Origin: Thermodesulfobacteriota bacterium
GTDB taxonomy: Bacteria > Desulfobacterota_D > UBA1144 > Nemesobacterales > Nemesobacteraceae
Assembly: GCA_965197885.1 (NCBI GenBank)
Contig: OZ240231.1
Coordinates: 192,504-256,503, forward strand
Reading direction: 5' to 3'
Length of the DNA stretch: 64,000 nucleotides
A program made the position numbers and the translations under genes. Below are positions 26,910 through 36,668 of the stretch, one piece after another. Positions within the stretch are counted from its first letter, which is position 1, and each line of letters begins with the position of its first letter. The notes below the pieces were generated by a model that was given only the letters and a program-made list of their open reading frames with translations, had not been told where the DNA came from and made no database searches.

Positions 26910-27743
26910 TCAGCCGCAGAGAATATCAAGCCTTGGACTCTCGGCTATGATTCCCTTTCTGCGAGCTTTCTCAAAAAGATGCTCAAGCGCCCCGGTTCCG
27001 CTTTCTCCAAGATCTCTTGTCCATTCATTTACGTACATTAAAACGAACTTCTCCCCGGTATCTTCGCTCATCCCCCTTCCAAAGCGCATCGCGTAATCAA
27101 GAGCTTCTTTTTTGTTTGAAAGGGCATATTCTATGCTTTCTCTGTGTACCCGAAGAACTTCAGTGTCAAGCCCCCGGGGTATGTCTCTTCTAAGGACGTT
27201 TAGCCCAAGCGGCATCGGAAGGTCGGTTTCCTCTGCCCACATCACTCCGAGGTCGAGCAGAAGCTCAAGCTCCATCTCTTCGTAGGTAAGCTGCCCCTCA
27301 TGTATAAGAAGGCCCGCGTCCACTTCTCCGGTGAGCACTTTGTCCATGATCTCGTCAAAAGGTGCTTCCACAGGAATGAAATCATCCGCGTAGAGACGGA
27401 GAAGAAGATACGCGGTCGTGAGTTTTCCGGGTACCGCGACGGTTCTTCCCCTGAGGTCGGAAATTTTCTCCCTGGCGACCACTATGGGTCCGTAGCCTTT
27501 CCCCATGCTGGCTCCGCAGGATAGAATCCGGTAGCGGTCCTGCACGCTCAGGTATCCGTGGGCGGAGATTGCCGTGGTTTCAAGTTCCGCTTTCATGGCT
27601 CTTTTGTTAAGGGATTGTATGTCTTCGATCACGTGCTCAAAGTCGATTTCCTCGGAAACCACCTTTCCGCTCGCTATGGCGTAGAACATGAACGCGTCGT
27701 CCGCGTCGGGACTGTGGCCCAGTTTCATGATCCGTTTCTCCAT
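26910..27743 (-). CDS. mqnD: 1,4-dihydroxy-6-naphthoate synthase (futalosine pathway, PF02621 family)
   Basis: LGHSPDADDAFMFYAI matches the MqnD-type (SPxxxDxF) N-terminal motif of the periplasmic-binding-like menaquinone biosynthesis family. Confidence 0.7.
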   Translation of the reverse strand: MEKRIMKLGHSPDADDAFMFYAIASGKVVSEEIDFEHVIEDIQSLNKRAMKAELETTAISAHGYLSVQDRYRILSCGASMGKGYGPIVVAREKISDLRGRTVAVPGKLTTAYLLLRLYADDFIPVEAPFDEIMDKVLTGEVDAGLLIHEGQLTYEEMELELLLDLGVMWAEETDLPMPLGLNVLRRDIPRGLDTEVLRVHRESIEYALSNKKEALDYAMRFGRGMSEDTGEKFVLMYVNEWTRDLGESGTGALEHLFEKARRKGIIAESPRLDILCG

Positions 27744-27766
27744 CTTCGTCTCCTTCTGGGTTTTGT

Positions 27767-28576
27767 TTACGACGGGTCCGCGTAGAAGTGGATTTCGTTT
27801 TTCTTCTCTATTTCGTTTAGCTCAAAAAGAAGGTCGCGATATTTTATCAGTCCTTCAATCTTGGGGCCGTCAAGGTCGTATTTTATTCTTTCTTCGAGGT
27901 AAGTCAGGCACTGCTCTTTGGTAAGCCCCAGTTTTTCAGATTCGATATCCACTATTTCCGAAATGAGCTTCACTCCTTCTTCTCTGATCAAAGGAAAACA
28001 TTTGCAGCTCTCGCCGGCGCTATCATCTCCCTTTTTGATCGCCATTACGGCGTATACGAAAGGAAGGGCTGTTTCCTTCGTCCAGAGTTCCCCTAGGTCA
28101 TACGTGAAAGCATATCTGTCGGCAAAGAGATGGCGGGCCTGGAGGCCAGCGTTGCCGATAAGCATCCCGCCGTCAACTCCCTCAAGGAAACCGTTTCCGG
28201 GTTCTCTTTTTACGTATTCGGGCTTAAGACCCAAAAAAAGCTCAAGAACGATTCTGAGCAGGGCCGTCGAGCTCCTGGACCTGCTGTCAACCGATACGCT
28301 TTTAATTTCCGTTATTTCTTTGCGCGCCTTAAGTATCACGCTGTCAACTTTCCCGAAAGAGGATATGGAAATATCGGGCAGAATGGAGTAGCTGTCGGTT
28401 CTTAGAAATTCGATTGAAGGAATGGGTGCGACATCCACGACTCCTTCCGACAGATTCTCGGAAAGGAGGGAAGGGTCAAAATACATTATATTGAAGCTGT
28501 GCTCCACGACCCCTTTTTCCAGAGGGTAAATGAGCGGGCGCATGTTAAGGAAAGGCGCTGCCCCGAGATTTATCAA
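27767..28576 (-). CDS. mqnA: chorismate dehydratase (futalosine pathway)
   Basis: LGAAPFLNMRPLIYPLEKG matches the MqnA-type (G.V.YLNA.PL) N-terminus of the same family; adjacent to mqnD. Confidence 0.7.
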   Translation of the reverse strand: MINLGAAPFLNMRPLIYPLEKGVVEHSFNIMYFDPSLLSENLSEGVVDVAPIPSIEFLRTDSYSILPDISISSFGKVDSVILKARKEITEIKSVSVDSRSRSSTALLRIVLELFLGLKPEYVKREPGNGFLEGVDGGMLIGNAGLQARHLFADRYAFTYDLGELWTKETALPFVYAVMAIKKGDDSAGESCKCFPLIREEGVKLISEIVDIESEKLGLTKEQCLTYLEERIKYDLDGPKIEGLIKYRDLLFELNEIEKKNEIHFYADPS

Positions 28577-28598
28577 TGACCGGTCCCCCTTTTTTTGT

Positions 28599-29777
28599 TC
28601 ATAGGTATGCGTCCCGTATTCCCTGACCTTTTGTCCATCTGCTCGGAAGAAATGTCTTCTGGTAAAGCGAGAGCGCGTAAAGATCGGACATTCCCGCTAT
28701 AAAGTCGCATACGGCTCTTTGCAGCGTCTCATCCTCGCGTGCGGGCATTTTGCAGAAGCTCTCGCGGAAGATCTTCTCGTTCTCGCAGAAATACAAGTAG
28801 AGTTCCTTTACGACTTTTTTGGATTTGTTGTGAAGCGAGAGCAGCCGCTCGCTTACGTAGACATTCTCGTAGAGATATCCTCTGAGGCCCAGAAGCGCTT
28901 CGAACACCCCCCCGCTCATCAAAATTTTCATCTCGCCTCTTGCGATGGTCTGCTCCACGATGTCAACTACCATCGTGTTTATTCTTTGTGAGGCCGTTTC
29001 TCCGAGAACCGAGACATATTCTGCGGGAACATCGCCGGGCGATATGATACCCGAGCGGACCGCGTCATCAAGATCGTGATTTGTGTAAGCGACAAGGTCC
29101 GAGATTTTCGTTACCTGACCTTCCATGGTAAGCGGCCTGTTCTCCTCGGTTTCTATTCCCTCTTTGCCCCATCCCTTGGAATGTTTTGCTATTCCCTCCC
29201 TGACTTCATGCGTAAGGTTAAGTCCCGCTCCGTCGCGCTCAAGTACTTCCACAATCCTTACGCTTTGGAGAACATGTTTGAACCCGCCGGGAAAAACCTC
29301 GTCCAGCCCTTCTTCGCCGGAGTGACCGAAAGGAGTGTGACCGAGGTCATGACCGAGCGCTATTGCTTCGGTCAGGTCTTCATTGAGCATAAGGGCTTTC
29401 GATATGGTTCTTGCTATCTGCGAGACTTCTATTACGTGCGTGAGTCTCGTGCGGTAGTGATCGTTGGTTGGAGAAATGAATACCTGGGTTTTGTGCTTGA
29501 GTCTCCTGAAGGCCTTGGAATGGATTATCCTGTCCCGGTCCCTCTGAAAGCATGTCCTTATGTCGCATTCACGCTCGGGGTTTACTCTTCCCTCGGATTC
29601 GCAGCTCAGAGTCGCCCCCGGACTAAGCAGTTTTTTTTCGTTTTCCTCGGTCTGTTCTCGTATCAGCAAGATGTTTCGAACCTCTTTTACGGCAGTCTTA
29701 CCAGCACTCCCATCTCTGACAGGAATTCCTTTGCCTCGTTTATTGAGTACTTGCCGTAATGAAAAATCGAGGCGCAC
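28599..29777 (-). CDS. dgt: dGTP triphosphohydrolase-like HD-domain protein
   Basis: [21 protein letters not shown]...[17 protein letters not shown]...[14 protein letters not shown] is the dGTPase-family HD motif. The annotated start overlaps hisF by 90 nt, so the true start is probably downstream. Confidence 0.85.
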   Translation of the reverse strand: MRLDFSLRQVLNKRGKGIPVRDGSAGKTAVKEVRNILLIREQTEENEKKLLSPGATLSCESEGRVNPERECDIRTCFQRDRDRIIHSKAFRRLKHKTQVFISPTNDHYRTRLTHVIEVSQIARTISKALMLNEDLTEAIALGHDLGHTPFGHSGEEGLDEVFPGGFKHVLQSVRIVEVLERDGAGLNLTHEVREGIAKHSKGWGKEGIETEENRPLTMEGQVTKISDLVAYTNHDLDDAVRSGIISPGDVPAEYVSVLGETASQRINTMVVDIVEQTIARGEMKILMSGGVFEALLGLRGYLYENVYVSERLLSLHNKSKKVVKELYLYFCENEKIFRESFCKMPAREDETLQRAVCDFIAGMSDLYALSLYQKTFLPSRWTKGQGIRDAYL

Positions 29778-30448
29778 AAAACGGCGTCCGCCCGTCCCGC
29801 TTCCACGGCTTCAAGCAGATGTTCAAGCCGCCCCGCGCCTCCCGAAGCTATGACGGGAATACCAACGATTCCGGAGATAGCTCTTGTGAGTTCAAGGTCG
29901 TACCCGTCCTCGGTACCGTCCCTGTCCATGCTCGTAAGAAGAATTTCGCCCGCTCCGAAATCCTCCATCTTGGCGGCCCAGCCGACTGCGTCTATTCCCG
30001 TCGGATTGCGTCCGCCGTGGGTGAAAACCTCCCAGCCTCCGTCGTTTCTTCTCCTCGCGTCTATCGCGACCACTATGCACTGGCTTCCGAACCTCTGAGA
30101 AGCCCTCCTTACGAAATCGGGGTCCGCTATGGCCGCCGTGTTGATCGTAATCTTGTCCGCCCCCGCCAGCAGAAGTTCCCTTACGTCCTCCACGGTTCTC
30201 AGTCCCCCTCCGACGGTCAGGGGAACGAAGACCTCGCTCGCGGTCCGCTCGACAACGTCTATCATCGTCTTTCTCTTTTCGTGTGAGGCGGTGATATCAA
30301 GGAACGTTATCTCGTCGGCACCCTCTTCGCTGTACTTCTTCGCCACTTCAACCGGGTCTCCCGCGTCCCTGAGATTAACGAAACGCACCCCCTTTACCAC
30401 TCTTCCGTCCTTTACGTCAAGACACGGTATTATCCTTTTTGAAACCAT
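29687..30448 (-). CDS. hisF: imidazole glycerol phosphate synthase cyclase subunit
   Basis: [39 protein letters not shown]... is canonical HisF; start set at MVSK rather than the upstream ATG in the track. Confidence 0.92.
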   Translation of the reverse strand: MVSKRIIPCLDVKDGRVVKGVRFVNLRDAGDPVEVAKKYSEEGADEITFLDITASHEKRKTMIDVVERTASEVFVPLTVGGGLRTVEDVRELLLAGADKITINTAAIADPDFVRRASQRFGSQCIVVAIDARRRNDGGWEVFTHGGRNPTGIDAVGWAAKMEDFGAGEILLTSMDRDGTEDGYDLELTRAISGIVGIPVIASGGAGRLEHLLEAVEAGRADAVLCASIFHYGKYSINEAKEFLSEMGVLVRLP

Positions 30449-30449
30449 G

Positions 30450-31172
30450 CTATTGAAACCTTCGTATGCTGTCTTCAAGATCTATGGAGCCCGAGTAAAG
30501 CGATTTCCCTAGTATCGCTCCCACCAGGTCGCCATTCCCGATGGACTGTATCTCGCTCAGGTCGGCAAGCGAGGCGATACCTCCCGAAACGATTACCGGG
30601 AGCGGGCACAGGGAAAGAAAGCTTTTTACTGAATCCGCGTCTATTCCCTCCATCGTGCCGTCCCTGTCAACGTTTGTGTGGATAACAAGCGACACGCCGA
30701 TATCGCGGAATTCAAGCATCGACCCGGCAATGCTTGTGTCTATTGTTTCTTTCCATCCCCGAAGAGCTATCTTTCCTCCCTTGGTATCAACTCCGACGGC
30801 TATTTTCCCGGGAAATCTCCCGCATACATCCCTGAGAAACCCCCTGTCGGTGAAAGCCGAAGTGCCTATTATCACCCTCTTTACGCCAATTTCGAGGTAC
30901 TTCTCCACGGCGGCGATATTTCTTATCCCGCCTCCGACCTGGATGTTTGAGGAAACGGACCACACTATTTCCCTTACCGCTTCGAAATTTCTGGGGTCTC
31001 CCCTGAAGGCTCCGTCAAGATCCACGACGTGGATCCACTCGGCTCCGCACCGCTCCCACCTCTTGGCGGTGTCCGGGGGGCTGTTTGAAAATACGGTCTC
31101 CGTTCCCTCCTCTCCCTTGAGAAGTCGCACGCAGTTTCCGTTTTTTAAGTCTACGGCGGGGATTATGAGCAA
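30450..31172 (-). CDS. hisA: phosphoribosylformimino-5-aminoimidazole carboxamide ribotide isomerase
   Basis: [23 protein letters not shown]... is canonical HisA; adjacent to hisF. Confidence 0.92.
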   Translation of the reverse strand: MLIIPAVDLKNGNCVRLLKGEEGTETVFSNSPPDTAKRWERCGAEWIHVVDLDGAFRGDPRNFEAVREIVWSVSSNIQVGGGIRNIAAVEKYLEIGVKRVIIGTSAFTDRGFLRDVCGRFPGKIAVGVDTKGGKIALRGWKETIDTSIAGSMLEFRDIGVSLVIHTNVDRDGTMEGIDADSVKSFLSLCPLPVIVSGGIASLADLSEIQSIGNGDLVGAILGKSLYSGSIDLEDSIRRFQ

Positions 31173-31275
31173 TTCAGAACCTCATTTAACTAAAAGCCAC
31201 GGGAAATAATACACAAATCGAGAGGTTATTATAAGAATATTTCGAAAAAATACCGATTTAGATCCACTCTTCTAC

Positions 31276-32265
31276 TTAGCCTGGAGAATCACGCAGTATT
31301 TCCTCCCTGATTTCCCTAAGCGTGAATCTGCGTGATTTAAGTTCATTTATTAATTTTATTCTTTCGACCATCTCCTGTGTGTAGAGTTGGTACCCGGCGT
31401 CGGTAACTTCGGCGACTTCAAGCAAACCTTCCTTGGTCCAGTGGCGTATGGCGGAATTTCTTTGGTTGACCAGTTTTGCCAGTTCGCCGATTTTAAGCAG
31501 AGGACCCTTGTTATCACCTGTATCCGTTCTGCCTTCAGCTGCCTTGAGATATATATCAAGTGAACGGTCAACTGCCCGCGCGATAATTTTCATGTAAGCG
31601 TCTTTAGAGCCGCCCAGCTGCGCTTTTTCAAGCGAGTCGATATAAGCCAACCGGTCACGTTTGCGTATTATTGCTGCCGGATAACCCGACATGAGCAGGA
31701 TCATGTTCATTAGGAGTCGTGCCGCGCGGCCGTTACCATCGGTAAACGGGTGGATGGTAACCAGGCGGTAATGAGCTTCCGCAGCCAATTCTACCGGGTG
31801 CAGGTCGATTGCCAGCTTGAGCCATTTCGCTAACCCGTTCATCAGGTCCGGCACTTTGCGCGGATTTGGCGGCACCACCATCGAACCGGAGATTCGCACC
31901 GGCGTCACGCGATAACGACCGGCATTTAGATCATCAATGCCTTTCATAATAAGATAGTGGATATGCAGGATGTCCTCTTCGGTCAGCGAACGCGTCCCGC
32001 GTTTGGCTTGTTCTTTCACCCAGTCCAGGGCACGGACGTGGTTTACGGCTTCCATGTGCTCCAGAAGTGATTTCCCCCCGATGGTGAGACCTTTTTCGAC
32101 CACCAGCGCGGTTTCACGGCGACCTAGCGTATTTCCTTCAATTGCGTTACTCGTGTAGGTCAACTCAACCCGAAACCATCCATCCAGATTGCTTAGGAGT
32201 GCGTCAGGCAGCGGTCCATACTCATCCAGCAACCTTTTTTTTGCGGTCAGGTTTTCGTATTTCAT
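31276..32265 (-). CDS. Fic-family protein (AMPylator-type HPFxxGNGR motif) with C-terminal MerR-like HTH
   Basis: HPFTDGNGRAARLLMNMILLMSGYP Fic motif; C-terminal IGELAKLVNQRNSAIRHWTKEGLL...LREI resembles a MerR-type HTH. Confidence 0.85.
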   Translation of the reverse strand: MKYENLTAKKRLLDEYGPLPDALLSNLDGWFRVELTYTSNAIEGNTLGRRETALVVEKGLTIGGKSLLEHMEAVNHVRALDWVKEQAKRGTRSLTEEDILHIHYLIMKGIDDLNAGRYRVTPVRISGSMVVPPNPRKVPDLMNGLAKWLKLAIDLHPVELAAEAHYRLVTIHPFTDGNGRAARLLMNMILLMSGYPAAIIRKRDRLAYIDSLEKAQLGGSKDAYMKIIARAVDRSLDIYLKAAEGRTDTGDNKGPLLKIGELAKLVNQRNSAIRHWTKEGLLEVAEVTDAGYQLYTQEMVERIKLINELKSRRFTLREIREEILRDSPG

Positions 32266-32276
32266 GAGACGAACTA

Positions 32277-32298
32277 TAAACCATAACGTTATGGTTTA
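32277..32298. promoter_or_regulatory. 22-bp perfect palindrome (TAAACCATAACGTTATGGTTTA), candidate operator 12 nt upstream of the Fic-HTH start codon
   Basis: The reverse complement of taaaccataac is gttatggttta; a perfect dyad was seen directly. Confidence 0.6.
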
Positions 32299-32693
32299 CA
32301 AGTTAGATTGAAATCGAGTAACTTCTGCGCTGTTGACGGGCAGGCTGAGACGGATTGAGGAGCGATATAACAGTCAATTGGGTGAACAGCCCCAGGCGAC
32401 ATACGGTCTCCCACAGTTAGATGGTGACGGTTGGCGCGCTTTTCTCGCGAAATTCAGGCGTGATTTCTTTCCCGGAATAACGAATCGGACCGCTATGATC
32501 TGTTCTTTCGGTATAAACCGGGCCACCAGTCCGGATAGTCTTTGTTTATATCCTCGGTGAAACGTCTCTCCATGTCCCGCTCCCAGTTCACCGAACTCAG
32601 CACCTCGTACGTGCGCGGACTGCTGCTAAAAATGGGTTCCTTTAAAAAATTTCCGTTATCCTGAGAAACTCCTGCTAGGATCTTTCCGTATTT

Positions 32694-34109
32694 TTAAAGC
32701 CCCTGCCGTGCTTGGCCGCTAATCCTGTCTTTTCTGTGTTTTCCAACGGAACGCCTTTTGGACGAGATTGCCAAAAACAGGGCGGATACGACCAAGAACA
32801 AGTTGAATACAGTGCTTTCAGGCGCACCCTCCGCTCCCGCCGCGACAATCGCGCACCCTCCACCGCCATCCTCAACCTCTGATTCCAAGTAAATCCCTGA
32901 ACCAAACACATAAACAGGTGCGTCAGGATCTTCCTTGAGAAGCGGGTTAAGTGTAACGGCTTTTGCGTAGGCAAGCTTGGGCGAAGTGCCGCCAGCACCG
33001 CCGCCGGGGGGATCGTCATTCGAATCCGCCGGATCGTCCCAGTTGTAATTGACAAAGCCTCCAACAAACCCTCCGTGTTCGTCCCGCGTCTTCGCCGCCG
33101 CGATGATCCTCTGAATGGTGTCAACTAAAGTCGGGTCTTGGCTTTGTAGCAAGTTTGTCTGCTCAATCTTTCTGTTGGCACCGTTAAATATAACGTTGCC
33201 CCTCCCATCCATTATATAGATGTAGGTGGAACCATCTCTCCAGGGCCCGCCTTCAGTCCTGAAAAGTTCCCGTAATTGTATGACGTCAATCTCGGGTCGG
33301 CTCAAGGCTTTGAGAAAGAAATGAATTGCCTCTTCTACAAACAGCTTCAGCAGTCCCCGATCTTCTTTCTCTTTCACATTTTTAGCCGAATTGGTAGGGT
33401 TTATCGAAAAACCAATACGGCCGAGTTTTATCTTGCCCTGACTAATGCTAATGGGAGTAGGGTCAACTCCATCCTCCAGGTTGAAACCACCGACCAGAAC
33501 AAATCTTTGCCGCCCGGGCGCGGTTGGATTGGTAAGCGGGATGGATGATAGACCGGCGAATGAAAGCGCGTAACTCACCCTGGGGCTTTGATCGTCTTGC
33601 CCATAATACATAACGGAGTCTCCATCCTCCTCGTCTGCGGCCAGAAAATACTCCCCGACGGGGTTTAGCTTGCCATCTACAAGTCTAGACCAGTCTTGGT
33701 CTTCCAGTTCTCTGTTGGGGTGAACATAGACGCCGCCACCGGGGGGAAGGAATAGGAATGAACAACCAATATCTAGGGCTTCATCCGGTGTACAGGTGGC
33801 GGGACCTGTGAGAAGAATGAGGTATGTGTCTTTATGCTTCCAATATCCTTCCTTCCTGAAATCGTTAAAGATTTCGGTTGCTTGTTCAAGAGTGCTGGTA
33901 ATCCCCAAGTGGTATGCCGCGTCTTTCACGAACTTCTCCAACAGCTCCATTCGCTCTATATTGTCAGCTGCCTCTGCCACGTCCTTCGCCATCGTGCCTT
34001 CATGGGCAACGGCTGTGCGAACACTGGAGAATACACCGGCCAGCGCAAGCGCACAGCAGAAAAGAATCAACGACTTTACAGTTTTTATTATAATATCCTC
34101 CTTTGCCAC
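32694..34109 (-). CDS. secreted tandem Cache/PDC-like domain protein with Gly-rich region and Cys-containing C-terminal hydrophobic tag (paralog A)
   Basis: Signal peptide LILFCCALALAGVFSSVRTAVA; two ...Y..L....GGVYVHPNRELEDQDWS / TYIYIMDGRGNVIFNGANR segments typical of Cache-like ligand-binding folds; DDPPGGGAGGTSPKL; C-terminus GCAIVAAGAEGAPESTVFNLFLVVSALFLAISSKRR. Confidence 0.7.
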   Translation of the reverse strand: MAKEDIIIKTVKSLILFCCALALAGVFSSVRTAVAHEGTMAKDVAEAADNIERMELLEKFVKDAAYHLGITSTLEQATEIFNDFRKEGYWKHKDTYLILLTGPATCTPDEALDIGCSFLFLPPGGGVYVHPNRELEDQDWSRLVDGKLNPVGEYFLAADEEDGDSVMYYGQDDQSPRVSYALSFAGLSSIPLTNPTAPGRQRFVLVGGFNLEDGVDPTPISISQGKIKLGRIGFSINPTNSAKNVKEKEDRGLLKLFVEEAIHFFLKALSRPEIDVIQLRELFRTEGGPWRDGSTYIYIMDGRGNVIFNGANRKIEQTNLLQSQDPTLVDTIQRIIAAAKTRDEHGGFVGGFVNYNWDDPADSNDDPPGGGAGGTSPKLAYAKAVTLNPLLKEDPDAPVYVFGSGIYLESEVEDGGGGCAIVAAGAEGAPESTVFNLFLVVSALFLAISSKRRSVGKHRKDRISGQARQGL

Positions 34110-34577
34110 AAGGCAGATCTTTGTCTATCACGCCCTACACCAGCGTGTTCATTAGCATTGCAATCGAGCATTCCGGATTTCCGTAGGCTTGTTTCTAACA
34201 TTTCGAAAAACTCTCTAAAAAAAAGGCTGCCTGCCCATATTAGCACTATCCGGTTGCTTCTAATCTTCAATTTAACTGTACTTCCTAGTCCTATCTGCTG
34301 TCAAGGAGAATAAGTGGCATTTGCGATGTAGCGATTTTGATTTCTGGTTTCCGGTACGCTTTATGAAGTTTTGATTTAGAGGAAAATTTAAGAATCGAGT
34401 TTAATAAAAATTCACGGGTCGTTCGACCGAATGACCCGTGTTTCTATTTAAACCTTAATTTCGCTGAAAAAAAACTGAAGGAATGGTGCTGGAAGTTCGT
34501 GCCCAAGAGCACCAGTACTGGATCAGACAACCATCACGGCAGACCCAATCATAACACTATGGAGGTATTGCTTTATC

Positions 34578-34718
34578 ATGAACAATGATAAGACACTATT
34601 TTCTGCAGGTGTTGACTGGGGGCGAGGGTCCCACCAAGTCTGCGTTATCGATCAGGAAGGTTCCGTCATTGGAGAAGAATCCTTCAAGCACACCGGAAAT
34701 GCCGTATTGCCAAGTTGA
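34578..34718 (+). mobile_element. IS110-family transposase 5' remnant (46-codon N-terminal fragment only)
   Basis: MNNDKTLFSAGVDWGRGSHQVCVIDQEGSVIGEESFKHTGNAVLPS* matches the conserved N-terminus of IS110-family DEDD transposases (GVDWAxxxHxVxxxDxxG...). It stops after 46 codons and no catalytic core follows. Confidence 0.65.
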
Positions 34719-34780
34719 ATCCGGACTTTTCCATACGATAAGTCCTTGCCCGGGAACAGGGTATACCGAGTTGGGTACCC

Positions 34781-36037
34781 CTAGTTCGAACATCTGACTT
34801 TAGCATACTCCGGTCTCCATGAGCTACAATCGTGCACCCCACGGGTTCCATGCTCACAATCAAGCAGTTCATCTTCACCCCCATCGCATACCACCTCGTC
34901 AAGCAAGAAAGTTCTGGGTGCACTAATTCCTGATGAGTGTAGGGTTGGAGACGGGGTGTTTCCCGAGAAGCCTAACTGACTACACACGACCCCTGCCTCT
35001 TCTGACCCCCATCCGCTGTTAGCACATACCGACTCCCATCCTGTACCATCGCCATCGTCGGTTTTGCCATCGAATATTTCAACTCTGCCTTCAAGCTCAT
35101 TAACTCCTGCCGCCAGTCGAATCCGGCCGTCGTAGTTCGCAGCATCAGCAGCACTAACAGGGCCCGTTACCCGGCTTCGTACCTCTTCTTTATTTCCGGT
35201 GGGGGTAGCTTCATCGGTGAAACTCAGTTCAAGCTTGATACTTTTACCGAAATCCGCATCTGCAAGAACATAAGTGGAACTTGTCCCCCCGGAAATCTCA
35301 GTCTCGTTATCATCAGTATTAAGTCGGGTATTAACCCTGACCCACTGATAACTGAAGGTTGACGTCGCCGGAAGACCGTCGTCGTCCTCTATGTCCGAGA
35401 CGTCGGCGGTCAGAGTCTGCCCCACCTCCAGAGTGCCCGTGATTCCCAGCAGACCTTTGGCGGTGGAACTGGCACCTGACTCACAAGCAACTGTGAATAT
35501 CTCTCCATTGTAGCAATTATGCTTATCACGTCCTCCGTGCTCACAATCAAACACTCTTTTTTCCGAACCCGTGCACAGCAGATTGTCTATTACCATGTCG
35601 GGAAAATTCGCTGACACGCCTGAATCATAGGAAACGTCGTGAGTTATCTCTCCTCCCGAACACCCTAGCTGGCGGCATATTACGGCTGCTTCTTCTTTAG
35701 ACACATCATGTGAAAGTAAGCCATCATCACATATCCCCCTCCACGTGCCGTTCCCGTCATTATCCGGCTCATTGAATATCTCCGTCCTGCCCTCTCCTGA
35801 GCAAGCTGCTGTTCCTGTCACAACCGTGCCCGTCGCATCTAGTCTCCTTAATCGAAGGTCGCCGTCGGACTGCGCATTTACCTCCGCAGAACCTCCCAGC
35901 AGCAAAAACAGCAGTGACGCTACCAAGAGGGGTTTGCTCAAGAAATCCAAGGCTTTTATGATCCCCGTCCCGTGCGAGCAAACCACGCTGTTACTGTTAA
36001 AAAGCCTTCCAGGTTTCGTTAAGTATTTTTCCATCAT
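34781..36037 (-). CDS. secreted tandem-SRCR-like domain protein (paralog 2)
   Basis: Same architecture as paralog 1: DGDLRLRRLDATGTVVTG...GRTEIFN...WRGICDDGLLSHDVSKEEAAVICRQLGCSGG...LLCTGSEKRVFDCEHGGRDKHNC; central ITGTLEVGQTLTADVSDIEDDDGLPA domain; second SRCR ...WESVCANSGWGSEEAGVVCSQLG...VVCDGGEDELLDCEHGTRGVHDC. GAAGGAGG SD upstream of the ATG at 36037. Confidence 0.8.
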   Translation of the reverse strand: MMEKYLTKPGRLFNSNSVVCSHGTGIIKALDFLSKPLLVASLLFLLLGGSAEVNAQSDGDLRLRRLDATGTVVTGTAACSGEGRTEIFNEPDNDGNGTWRGICDDGLLSHDVSKEEAAVICRQLGCSGGEITHDVSYDSGVSANFPDMVIDNLLCTGSEKRVFDCEHGGRDKHNCYNGEIFTVACESGASSTAKGLLGITGTLEVGQTLTADVSDIEDDDGLPATSTFSYQWVRVNTRLNTDDNETEISGGTSSTYVLADADFGKSIKLELSFTDEATPTGNKEEVRSRVTGPVSAADAANYDGRIRLAAGVNELEGRVEIFDGKTDDGDGTGWESVCANSGWGSEEAGVVCSQLGFSGNTPSPTLHSSGISAPRTFLLDEVVCDGGEDELLDCEHGTRGVHDCSSWRPEYAKVRCSN

Positions 36038-36576
36038 CCTCAGAACCTCCTTCTGAACTTTTCTGTGTCCTAGGTCTAACCGCTTGGTCTAGATATAACC
36101 ATTCCACCCTATATTGTATATGTAAATTTAGCCCCGTCAATTTTTTCTTGGCGGCTTGATATTCAGGTGTTCTCTGTCGGTCCCCGTTCCACTAAAAATC
36201 TTCACGCATGCCACGTTAGGGCTTAGTTCCAGGCCGCACTCCGGATCTTTGCATGGGGTGTTCATCTCGACACTCCTTTGACACACATCTCCCCGGGAGA
36301 CACTTAAAGATGGCGGACCAACCGAGGCATTCGTTGATCAAATGGACAGTAACTTTAACTCAAATCAATTTTGCGCTGAGTAAAAGCCCTTAGGAAGGTA
36401 GAGGATTATAATCAGTTGAGAACCACGGGAAATAGCGGGGAATTGTGTACACAGCCAGTCACCCTCGTAGCGCGTAATTCCTGAGATGTCTCAACCTTAA
36501 TTCGGGAAGGTCACTTGTCTTCAAGATGTGCTTGCCCCTGACAATTGAGCATTCGGGTCGTGGAATGAGTGATTGC

Positions 36577-36620
36577 TTTTGTACCGAACATTCGGTTATA
36601 TTGTACCGAACATTCGGTTA
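36577..36620. promoter_or_regulatory. two tandem 22-bp direct repeats each containing the dyad ACCGAAcaTTCGGT; candidate operator upstream of Cache-like paralog B
   Basis: ttttgtaccgaacattcggtta (36577-36598) and tattgtaccgaacattcggtta (36599-36620), 49 nt before the ATG at 36669. Confidence 0.65.
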
Positions 36621-36668
36621 CAAGGTGTAACTGGACAAGGGCTTATCGTATATGAAGGAGAATGTGTC

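Noticed and set aside
32333-32560. 75-aa + strand ORF in the roughly 400-bp gap between the Fic gene and Cache-like paralog A
   Set aside because: No RBS and no recognisable motif; likely non-coding or a decayed remnant.
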